Notes: a model not told the origin generated them from the sequence alone. DNA of 32,000 bases from Aliivibrio fischeri ES114 (GCF_000011805.1 NC_006841.2); one strand, 5' to 3'; positions 17,989 to 26,219 are shown, numbered from the stretch's first letter. Made by a program: numbers and translations.

Positions 17989-18021
17989 ATTACGCCCAAG
18001 CCACTTTAGCTTGGGCGTAAT
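17989..18021. terminator. Perfect 13-bp inverted repeat overlapping the MFS stop codon
   Basis: ATTACGCCCAAGC CACTTTA GCTTGGGCGTAAT, between the convergent ggdef and MFS gene ends. No U-tract on either side. Confidence 0.55.
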
Positions 18022-19198
18022 GATTTAAACGCCAACATAAAGCAAAAATAATCATATATAGAAAACCGGCTCCAATCATCACCGCATTCCACCCACCATG
18101 CTGCCAACAATACATTAGATAAAAACCACCTAAGCTACCACTGACATAATAATGCACTAAGTATAATGCTGTTGCTGTAGATTTAGCCGTTTCTGCTTGC
18201 TGACTCACCCAACCATAAGCCAAGGAATGAGTAAAAAACGCACCAAAACTTAATACATTTAAACCAATGACCATTGTAATTAAAGAGTCATTTGTCGTAA
18301 TAACCATTCCAATTAAACTAATGAGTGTCCCTACAAACATACCAAATACAGAACTAAAGCGTTGACTCCATAGTCCAACTAACCTTGAGCTTACAGTGCC
18401 GGATAGATAACAAAGAAAAATCATAGAAGTGACGCTTAAAGGTAAAGAGTAAGGCTCAGCAATTAGTCGAAAGCCAATAACAGAATAAAGGTTTACAAAT
18501 AAAGCGAAGTTGACTCCTCCAATAAGCATAGCAAGAAAGAGACGTCGATTTCGTAAATGCTGCACAACAACTCTGACATAAGAAGATAATTCAGCTTTAT
18601 TTAAAGCTTTATCACCCTCTTTAGGCAATAAAATAGCGACAAGCATGGCACCAATCAAACTCAGGGCAGCCATAAATATCACCGCTGTTTGCCAATCAAA
18701 ATAGTCGGTTATAATTCCGCCAAACAACCGTCCTGAAATCCCGCCTAGTGAGTTGGCGCTAATATAAGCCCCTATCGCATAACTGAAGGCTTTTGCTGTA
18801 AACGCTTCAGCCATATAAGCAACGGCAACAGCCGTAAATCCGGCTAAAGCCATTCCCATAACGGCACGACTTAAGATTAATATAGCTAGATGACTTGTTA
18901 ATAAAGACAATAAACCAATGACTGGCAAGAGAAATAAACTCAATAACATCACATTACGACGACCAATAAAATCAGAAGCGATAGCCCAAGGTAGCAACAT
19001 AAAAGCTAAGGTGAATGTTCCAGCAGCTAACAACCAATTGATTTTAGTTGCAGATACCGAAAAATGTTCTGCCAAAACAGGAAGCATTGGCTGAAACAAA
19101 TATAAATTACAAAAAACAATAAAAGACCCAAATGCAAGAGCTGCACTTACTTGATAATAGGCCTTACTTTTAAACTCAATCATCTTAGTGATCGCCAT
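17990..19198 (-). CDS. MFS transporter (YnfM-like)
   Basis: 402 aa. 12-TM pattern; IASDFIGRRNVMLLSLFLLP MFS loop; ISRAVMG-like motif. Divergent LysR gene, as in the ynfL/ynfM arrangement. Confidence 0.88.
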   Translation of the reverse strand: MAITKMIEFKSKAYYQVSAALAFGSFIVFCNLYLFQPMLPVLAEHFSVSATKINWLLAAGTFTLAFMLLPWAIASDFIGRRNVMLLSLFLLPVIGLLSLLTSHLAILILSRAVMGMALAGFTAVAVAYMAEAFTAKAFSYAIGAYISANSLGGISGRLFGGIITDYFDWQTAVIFMAALSLIGAMLVAILLPKEGDKALNKAELSSYVRVVVQHLRNRRLFLAMLIGGVNFALFVNLYSVIGFRLIAEPYSLPLSVTSMIFLCYLSGTVSSRLVGLWSQRFSSVFGMFVGTLISLIGMVITTNDSLITMVIGLNVLSFGAFFTHSLAYGWVSQQAETAKSTATALYLVHYYVSGSLGGFYLMYCWQHGGWNAVMIGAGFLYMIIFALCWRLNHYAQAKVAWA

Positions 19199-19284
19199 TA
19201 GAAAACTGTACTAAAACTGTAGCAACTCCATTTGAATAGTGAAAATATATTATAATTATCATTTCAATAGCATTTGGTTATCAC

Positions 19285-20154
19285 ATGGACACTCGACTTC
19301 TTACTTATTTTGTCTCTATTGCTGAACACAAAAATATGACGCACGCAGCTCGTGCTCTACACATTGCTCAACCAGCACTAAGCGTTGCGATAAAAAAACT
19401 AGAGACCCAATTAGAGCTGGAGCTATTTCGTAGAGATGAGAGAAAAATGATACTGACTCATGAAGGGGAAGTATTACTGACTCATGCAAAACAGATCCTA
19501 CAACAGTTGGACGACGCCACTTTGGCGATGAAAGAGTTACGAGGTTTAGAAAAAGGAGAGGTGCGCTTAGGCGTGCCAAGCATCATGGGAACCTATTATT
19601 TCCCTGATGTTTTAATGGCATTTAAAAGTCGTTATCCAAAATTAAAACTCACCATTGTTGATGCGGGTGCTCAATCAATACAAAAAATGCTACTTGATGG
19701 TGAGATTGATCTTGGAATAACACAAATACGAAACCTGCCTGATGAACTGGATTCTGATCATTTACTTCGATCCCAAATGGTCGCTGTCGTCAGTAACGAG
19801 CATGAATTTTCTGATAAAAAATCACTCACTTTTTCCGAGTTTTTCTCTCAAGAGTTAGTGATGTTCAAACAAGGATACTTTCATCGAGAAAAACTGGATG
19901 CCATCTGTAAACAAGAAGGATTAAATGCAAACTTTTCTTTTGAAACCAATCTACTAGCGGTAATAATGAAAATTGTAAAACGTGATTTTGCCATTAGTGC
20001 ATTATTAGAATTAGCCACAGAAAATGAGCCCGATATCGTTTCTATTCCATTTAGTGAGCCTATCTATCTGGATATATCCATCGCATGGAGAAAGAACGGC
20101 TATCTATCTAGAGCTGATAGAACCTTTCTCGAATTCGTGAAACAAAATCATTAG
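19285..20154 (+). CDS. LysR family transcriptional regulator
   Basis: 289 aa. MDTRLLTYFVSIAEHKNMTHAARALHIAQPALSVAIKKLETQLELELFRRDERKMILTHEG. Confidence 0.95.
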   Translation: MDTRLLTYFVSIAEHKNMTHAARALHIAQPALSVAIKKLETQLELELFRRDERKMILTHEGEVLLTHAKQILQQLDDATLAMKELRGLEKGEVRLGVPSIMGTYYFPDVLMAFKSRYPKLKLTIVDAGAQSIQKMLLDGEIDLGITQIRNLPDELDSDHLLRSQMVAVVSNEHEFSDKKSLTFSEFFSQELVMFKQGYFHREKLDAICKQEGLNANFSFETNLLAVIMKIVKRDFAISALLELATENEPDIVSIPFSEPIYLDISIAWRKNGYLSRADRTFLEFVKQNH

Positions 20155-20365
20155 AAGCTACATCAAGAAGCACGAAAAGTTCCCTAAAATCACCCCTCAT
20201 AAATGCAAAGTATGACTACCAAATTTGGTACTGACATTACTAAAGATTAGTGGAATATTAAATCTTACTTACTTTCTAGGTCAGTAATGAAAGTAATTAC
20301 AAGATGATAATGAAGATTAAAAACAACAGCGCGAAACACTGTTTGCTAATAAATGAGGTGTCACA

Positions 20366-20977
20366 ATGAAAAAATATATTCCTGTTCTATTTGCTCTAAG
20401 TGCTGTATCTGGTGTTAGTTATGCAGGTACAACAAAACAAAGTGATTCTGTTAATTACTTACAAATGCGTAATGGCATTGCCTATCAAGTAAACCAAGAG
20501 ACACCTTATACAGGGAAATTTGTTCAAAAATACGATAACGGACAAATCTCAACAAAAGCTCAATTCAAAGATGGCGTTGAAATTGGTACAGAAAGTAATT
20601 GGTATCCAAATGGCCAAATGGCTTCAAAACTTAATTATAAAGATGGCAAGCTTGATGGTTTAATGCAAACTTGGTACGTGAATGGTCAGAAAAAAACAGA
20701 ATTCACGTATAAAAATAATCAGTTAGATGGCCAAGCAACACGTTGGTATGACAATGGTGAAAAAAATCTAACCGTTAATTACGATAATGGCCAAAAAGAT
20801 GGCCTATACACCAGCTACTACGCTAATGGTAAAAAAGCCACTCAAGCAAATTACGACGATGGCAAAATCAAAGATGGCTCAGTTACCCAATGGAATAATC
20901 ATGGTGACAAAGTAGAGCAATTAACCTTCAAAAACCAAAAAGTCGTGTCAGAGCAAACATGGATGCCAGAGAGTTAA
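20366..20977 (+). CDS. Exported YwqK/MORN-repeat protein
   Basis: 203 aa. Signal peptide MKKYIPVLFALSAVSGVSYA and about 5-6 repeats of the form W/YYxNGQxxxxxxYKDGxxxG. Confidence 0.85.
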   Translation: MKKYIPVLFALSAVSGVSYAGTTKQSDSVNYLQMRNGIAYQVNQETPYTGKFVQKYDNGQISTKAQFKDGVEIGTESNWYPNGQMASKLNYKDGKLDGLMQTWYVNGQKKTEFTYKNNQLDGQATRWYDNGEKNLTVNYDNGQKDGLYTSYYANGKKATQANYDDGKIKDGSVTQWNNHGDKVEQLTFKNQKVVSEQTWMPES

Positions 20978-21282
20978 TGCTGTTTGTAGTAAGATTCTAT
21001 CGTAAATAATACTATTAAATATTAGAGTTGTCTTATTTATATTAGTTTGTTTAAACAATCAACATATCACGTCGAAAATGAAATAAAAAGACGTAATTAA
21101 ATTCCAAAATCAATTTATTACACTTAAATAAATAAAACGATGAGCACGTACTATATTTATAATAATACATGCTCATCAATTGGAGAGCATTGCTAATAGG
21201 GAAATACTTCCTCATAGCCATTATTACTGTAAACTGATTTGATTACACCTCCTTATTAATCCCCTAAAAAAAGGAGTAAATA

Positions 21283-21666
21283 ATGCAGAAAAAAAGTAAT
21301 GATCTCATTAAACAATATCTATTAAATACAAATGTCGAAACACTACCAAAACAGCTAAAAGAATTGGTTGAACTAATTGGACCAATTGATACATATATAT
21401 TTATTAGCCACTACGGAGGGCAAATAAAATACATAGCAAAAAATCCATCAAGAACAAAAATGAAACATATAATGAACGAAAAAGCACTTAAACATCTGTG
21501 TGCCAATTACGGAGGGTCAACAATCGAAGTACCAAAACAAGAACATTTAGAGCGGCAAATTAGAAATAAATTAATAAAAAATGCGAGTATGAAAGGTATT
21601 TCACGCTCACAATTAGCGACTCAATTCAATCTAAGCGTTAGGCATATCGGTAATATAAAAAAATAG
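21283..21666 (+). CDS. Mor/C-type transcriptional activator family protein (phage Mu Mor-like)
   Basis: 127 aa. YGGSTIEVPKQEH...RNKLIKNASMKGISRSQLATQFNLSVRHIGNIKK matches the Mor pattern (GG..iyiPk ... LA..y.lS...v.nI.k). SD AAGGAG upstream. Confidence 0.7.
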   Translation: MQKKSNDLIKQYLLNTNVETLPKQLKELVELIGPIDTYIFISHYGGQIKYIAKNPSRTKMKHIMNEKALKHLCANYGGSTIEVPKQEHLERQIRNKLIKNASMKGISRSQLATQFNLSVRHIGNIKK

Positions 21667-21670
21667 CGGT

Positions 21671-21701
21671 TTTAGGGGGAAGTCATATCATTCCCCCTAA
21701 A
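21671..21701. terminator. 11-bp perfect hairpin between convergent stop codons
   Basis: TTTAGGGGGAA GTCATATCA TTCCCCCTAAA, 4 nt after the Mor-like stop and 3 nt before the stop of the opposing operon. Confidence 0.6.
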
Positions 21702-21704
21702 TAG

Positions 21705-21977
21705 TTAAAGTACAGGTTTTCTTTTAAATCCTATATGATAAGCAACATGTTGAGATATAACTGTATTTTCTCCTATTTTTATCACTTTAAATCCAGAATC
21801 TTTACCAATCAAAATACCTTTAGGGTGAATATCTAAGTAATGATTCAATTTATCTATTTGTCGTTGCATAAAATCATCATCATCAGGATTGTTGGGGTTA
21901 TAACGACCAATAACTATCCGTTCGATATAACGAACATCCGTTAAATCTAAAACAGAGGAGTTCCTATCTGATAGCAT
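21705..21977 (-). CDS. Hypothetical protein (90 aa), last gene of the DUF2589-like operon
   Basis: Start lies 20 nt beyond the upstream gene stop. Sequence contains DLTDVRYIERIVIGRYNPNNPDDDDFMQRQIDKLNHYLDIHPKGILIGKDSGFKVIKIG. No family recognised. Confidence 0.6.
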   Translation of the reverse strand: MLSDRNSSVLDLTDVRYIERIVIGRYNPNNPDDDDFMQRQIDKLNHYLDIHPKGILIGKDSGFKVIKIGENTVISQHVAYHIGFKRKPVL

Positions 21978-21997
21978 ATTTTATTGCCTTATTTTAT

Positions 21998-22849
21998 TTA
22001 TGCAGCACTCTTACTTTCTTTTATATTTGCATCTTTTTCATCTTGCAAGGCCATATTTGCTTGTTGTAACTCTATTTCAGCATCTACAACCGCTATATTT
22101 GATTCATTTACCTTTTTTTCTAATTCACTTGTATCACTTTTCGGGTTCTTTAACTTACTTTGTTCTAGTTTCATTTGCTGTAAAGTCAAATCAGCTTTAG
22201 CCTTGGCTACTTTTTTTCGAGCCTGAGCGACTGCAATTGCACGCTGACCACTCGCCTTCACCTTACCGGAGCGCTCAATAGACTTTGGTGCAACTGACCC
22301 TCCTATAATATCTAATACACGCATCAATCCCTCAGGAGTTCCAGATTGTGATGCATGCACAGCAACATGATATTTGGCAGAATTATCGCTTGATCGAGTA
22401 TTTTCTTTATGTGATGCAACACTTCCTGAAACACTAGCAGTCAAACTAAAAGGTCCCCAACCAACAGATGCTTTAGCTGAAAATTCTCCTTTTTTATCTT
22501 CTGTTTCATGATAAGTTTCTGATGACTTAACTTCCATATCAAATGTAATATCAACCTCATCAACCATTAAACTTGGTACATTTACAATCGCAAGAACAGG
22601 AACTTCTAAACCCACTTTTTCTTGTTCAATAATATCATTATCTAAACCATCCTTGCCTGTAACCACATTTCGTACATACGAAAAATCCGCCGTTCGTGTT
22701 TTTGCACCATCAAAACCAACATTCTGAATAAAATCAACAGTCGAACGTGCTAACATAATTTGTGAGTCACATGCTGCTTTTAAAGGTGAACCAATTAAAC
22801 TTTCCATTGGTAAACCTGAAAATTGATTTTGCATACTTTCTAAAGCCAT
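21998..22849 (-). CDS. DUF2589 domain-containing protein with C-terminal coiled coil
   Basis: 283 aa. LESLIGSPLKAACDSQIMLARSTVDFIQNVGF-type N-terminus, LEVPVLAIVNVPSLMVDEVDITFDMEV, Ser/Gly-rich beta segment, then a Lys/Gln/Ala heptad-like region. Confidence 0.75.
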   Translation of the reverse strand: MALESMQNQFSGLPMESLIGSPLKAACDSQIMLARSTVDFIQNVGFDGAKTRTADFSYVRNVVTGKDGLDNDIIEQEKVGLEVPVLAIVNVPSLMVDEVDITFDMEVKSSETYHETEDKKGEFSAKASVGWGPFSLTASVSGSVASHKENTRSSDNSAKYHVAVHASQSGTPEGLMRVLDIIGGSVAPKSIERSGKVKASGQRAIAVAQARKKVAKAKADLTLQQMKLEQSKLKNPKSDTSELEKKVNESNIAVVDAEIELQQANMALQDEKDANIKESKSAA

Positions 22850-22864
22850 ATTAATTTCCTTTAT

Positions 22865-23413
22865 TTAATGTGAAGTATTAACTTCGGGAGGTGTCATCTC
22901 TGATGACGAATCTGAAACAATTTTTTTAGGTATAATTTGAGTATTAAATTTATCTATAATTTTCATCACACACTCAGGAGCGTCACTTGATTTAAATTTC
23001 ACTTTAAAATCAATAAAATCCTTATTTATTTCACCTTTATTTCGATGACTTGGTGAAATATCTACAATTAATTTTGGATATTTATCTTTAAAATCTTGCT
23101 GTAAATTATCAGTATCAACACCAGTGACTCGAACTGAAAAATCAACACCTAATTCATCAAGATAAAGGCCTTTCGCATCTGTAACTGCGATTAAAGGCAT
23201 AGTTATTTCATGCTCATCATCTAGCATTAACTTGATTGTTTTTGGTTTATATGTGCATTTTTCTTCATCATAATCAAAATATTGTGAAATTAAGTTTTGA
23301 TAGTGAGATAAATTCATATCACTTGCGCTATTAGCTACATAATTTAAACCTCTTATAATTCCATCTAAAAACTGTGGTGAAATCGGTTTATTATTTCTTC
23401 CAAAAATATTCAT
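22865..23413 (-). CDS. DUF2589-like protein (small partner)
   Basis: 182 aa. HEITMPLIAVTDAKGLYLDELGVDFSVRV aligns with LEVPVLAIVNVPSLMVDEVDITFDMEV of the next gene. 15-nt spacing to it. Confidence 0.6.
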   Translation of the reverse strand: MNIFGRNNKPISPQFLDGIIRGLNYVANSASDMNLSHYQNLISQYFDYDEEKCTYKPKTIKLMLDDEHEITMPLIAVTDAKGLYLDELGVDFSVRVTGVDTDNLQQDFKDKYPKLIVDISPSHRNKGEINKDFIDFKVKFKSSDAPECVMKIIDKFNTQIIPKKIVSDSSSEMTPPEVNTSH

Positions 23414-23549
23414 AACATAACCTTTATTATTAAATGATGAGAAAATAATAAACCATATAATTTTATAAAATAATATGGAAATAATTCCAAATACTAAAAA
23501 AATTAAAAAAGTACATTTTAGTCAACAAATAAATAATAAGAGTAACTTT

Positions 23550-24932
23550 ATGCTAAAATTAACAAATTTATTCGCTTTTTTATTATTGACACTTGTAATC
23601 ACTACAATCAGTCAATTTATTTTTGTTCCAGAGATAATATATTTAAGTAGTACTAATAATAAATCTAATAAAAATACGTTAGAAAAGATAAAAAAGAGAG
23701 GTTTTTTATTAGTTGCAACAAAGCTTGATGGTGTTGGTTGTTACTATAAACGAGGACAACTTAGAGGTATTGAATGTGAATTATTACAAGAATATGCTAA
23801 CTATCTTGATGTTGAATTAAACATTCTTTTTTTTCCAGACTTACATAGTCTTTTTACGGCATTAGACAATAAAAGGGTTGATATTATAGCTTCAGATCTC
23901 ACACCAAACAATGAACGTAAAAAAAAATTCTTGTTTTCTAATGCATTATTTCATACTGAAGAATGGCTAATACAAAGAAAAGACAACGCTATATCAAATT
24001 TAAAGCAATTAAATGGAAAAACAATTTCTATAAGAAAAGGAACTACTTATAAGGATGTGATCTTAACATTACAACAGGAAATGAACATAAATATTAAAAT
24101 AGAATTACTTCCCGAAACCCTATCAACATTAGAAATCATTAAAGGTGTTGCGAATAGTATTTGGAGCTACACCTTAGCAGATCAACACATTGCACAAAAT
24201 CAACATGCACAATATCCCCAATTAAGCCCACCATTAACAATAGGGCAACCACGAGAAATTAGTCTAGCTTTATTCAAAGATGATAAAGAATTATTATTAC
24301 ACTTAAATTCTTGGCTAGCGAATAAAAAAGCTAAGGATATCCTTAATAAAAAAAATAGAACTGATATAAAAAAACAATATTTAATCACACCTTGGGACAA
24401 TATATTCAAAAAGAATGCTTCTCAACCATTTGATTGGTTATGGTTAACTTCACAGGCTTTCGCTGAATCTTCATTTGATCCAAATGCAATCTCCTCCTCT
24501 GGTGCAAAAGGATTAATGCAATTAATGCCAGAAACAGCGAAAGATATGGGTGTAACGCAATTATTTGATCCAAATGAAAATATTAAAGGTGGCGCAAAAT
24601 ATAATAAATGGCTGTATAAAACCTATTGGAATTATTTACCAGAAAAAGAAGCTCTTGCCTTTACGTTTGCATCTTATAATGCTGGTGTTGGACATATAAT
24701 AGATGCACAAAGATTAGCTTTAAGAAACGGAGATGATCCAAACGTTTGGTTTAATAGTGTTGAAAACCATATTATCAAACTAGAAAAAAAATCCATATTT
24801 ACTCTACCATATATTAAATATGGTTACTGTAGAGGTAGTGAAACCAAATCTTATGTTAGAAAAATCTTTTTTCAAAAAAGAATATATTCTAATAATAAAG
24901 CCCTATTAAATAAACAACATCTAAATAATTAA
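23550..24932 (+). CDS. MltF-like membrane-anchored lytic transglycosylase (family-3 SBP-like module + SLT domain)
   Basis: N-terminal TM, SBP_bac_3-like domain (LRGIECELLQEYANYL...VDIIASDLTPNNERKKKFLFSNALF), C-terminal SLT (AESSFDPNAISSSGAKGLMQLMPETAKDMG...FASYNAGVGHI). Start set to ATG 23550 rather than 23475. Confidence 0.88.
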   Translation: MLKLTNLFAFLLLTLVITTISQFIFVPEIIYLSSTNNKSNKNTLEKIKKRGFLLVATKLDGVGCYYKRGQLRGIECELLQEYANYLDVELNILFFPDLHSLFTALDNKRVDIIASDLTPNNERKKKFLFSNALFHTEEWLIQRKDNAISNLKQLNGKTISIRKGTTYKDVILTLQQEMNINIKIELLPETLSTLEIIKGVANSIWSYTLADQHIAQNQHAQYPQLSPPLTIGQPREISLALFKDDKELLLHLNSWLANKKAKDILNKKNRTDIKKQYLITPWDNIFKKNASQPFDWLWLTSQAFAESSFDPNAISSSGAKGLMQLMPETAKDMGVTQLFDPNENIKGGAKYNKWLYKTYWNYLPEKEALAFTFASYNAGVGHIIDAQRLALRNGDDPNVWFNSVENHIIKLEKKSIFTLPYIKYGYCRGSETKSYVRKIFFQKRIYSNNKALLNKQHLNN

Positions 24933-24943
24933 GAAGTCATCAT

Positions 24944-26161
24944 ATGAAAAAATATATAACTATTTTATTATTCCCTATGTTTTTATTAATCTCTGGTTGT
25001 TCAGAACAAAAAAAACATTGTGATATTTTTAACGCAGACACCAGTCATATGTCAGAAATTTACAAACACTATTTATTAAAAAAACAGAAAATTGAGCCTC
25101 TATATGAATTAAGAGTCATCGAAATAGATGAAAAAGGATTATTTTTAGAACGCTATAAATTTAATGAATTGAAAAAATACATTAAACAAAAGACACAAAT
25201 AAAAGACACGTTAATTTATATTAAAATAAATGGATGGCAGCATGACACCAGTATTGATGAACTTAGTCTTAATAATTTTAAAAAGCAACTTAATAACATA
25301 AGTAACTACGTCTCAAAAAACAAAAGAGATGTCATTGGAATTTATGTGAAATTAAGAGAAGAAAAAACATCCATGTTTAGATATCTTACATTTTTTAATA
25401 AAAAAAAATCTATCCATCAAGTTTCTAATGGAAATATCATAGAAATATGGAATTTTCTCAAAAAGATAAAAGATAACAGCGTTTCAGATACAAAAATAGT
25501 AACAGTAGGCCATAGCTTTGGAGCAGATATAATATTTAATTTAATGAATATTGACAATAGAGCAGAGTCAAATGAAAATCATAAATATAAAAAAAACTTA
25601 TCAGGTATAGGTAACCTGATACTATTAATCAACCCAACATTTGATGCATTAAAATATGTTGAATTTAGAAAAAGCAATAATAACAAAGAACCTTCAAGTA
25701 AAAACAATCCTATTATATCTATTTTTACATCAGAATCTGACTGGATAACTAAATATGTGCTTCCAGCAGAACGTATCATTAGTAATCTATTTAAGCAACA
25801 TAATTACATGGAGGCGACAATAGGAGAAAACAAAGTATTAATCAATAAAAAAATAGCACAAATAACAAGCATTGGGCATTTTAAACCTTTTATTACCCAT
25901 AGACTTGAAATGACAAACAAAAGTATCAGTTCAACACAATATAATAAACTAATAAAAAATTTAAAATCTGATTTGGTCAATGGAATAAATCCACTTAATT
26001 TCGACAAAACCATATTAGTAAGAAATCCAATAATAAAAGCTAACACCCCTTACTTAGTTGTTCAAGTCGATAAAACTTTGATACCAGACCATAGCAACAT
26101 TTTTGGTAAAGAAATTGAAACATTTTTTCATGACTTTTTATTGCTTTCTATCAATGAATAA
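24944..26161 (+). CDS. Putative lipoprotein with alpha/beta-hydrolase (serine esterase/lipase-like) domain
   Basis: 405 aa. Lipobox LLISGC; INGWQHDTS near the N-terminus; nucleophile elbow TVGHSFGADIIFNLMN (GxSxG). Confidence 0.7.
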   Translation: MKKYITILLFPMFLLISGCSEQKKHCDIFNADTSHMSEIYKHYLLKKQKIEPLYELRVIEIDEKGLFLERYKFNELKKYIKQKTQIKDTLIYIKINGWQHDTSIDELSLNNFKKQLNNISNYVSKNKRDVIGIYVKLREEKTSMFRYLTFFNKKKSIHQVSNGNIIEIWNFLKKIKDNSVSDTKIVTVGHSFGADIIFNLMNIDNRAESNENHKYKKNLSGIGNLILLINPTFDALKYVEFRKSNNNKEPSSKNNPIISIFTSESDWITKYVLPAERIISNLFKQHNYMEATIGENKVLINKKIAQITSIGHFKPFITHRLEMTNKSISSTQYNKLIKNLKSDLVNGINPLNFDKTILVRNPIIKANTPYLVVQVDKTLIPDHSNIFGKEIETFFHDFLLLSINE

Positions 26162-26190
26162 ATCCAAACAAAAAAAGTTGTATTATGAAT

Positions 26191-26219
26191 AAAAAGGCAC
26201 TCAATAAAGTGCCTTTTTA
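26191..26219. terminator. Bidirectional rho-independent terminator
   Basis: AAAAAGGCACT CAATAA AGTGCCTTTTT between convergent genes. Confidence 0.9.

Noticed and set aside
20366-20977. Toxin-antitoxin system suggested by YwqK-type family naming
   Set aside because: No toxin-like gene is adjacent, and the protein has a signal peptide. The label comes only from repeat similarity.
21984-22226. 80-aa and 66-aa plus-strand ORFs inside the DUF2589-like gene
   Set aside because: They are antisense to a coiled-coil coding sequence, lack an SD and are compositionally driven.
23475-23549. Extended N-terminus (MEIIPNTKKIKKVHFSQQINNKSNF) of the MltF-like protein
   Set aside because: The extension places a charged stretch before the natural signal/TM segment. 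ATG 23550 gives a normal membrane-anchored start.
21000-26200. Classical prophage or IS element
   Set aside because: Only a Mor-like activator hints at phage. No integrase, transposase, capsid, tail or terminal inverted repeats could be seen, so the region is treated as an accessory island.
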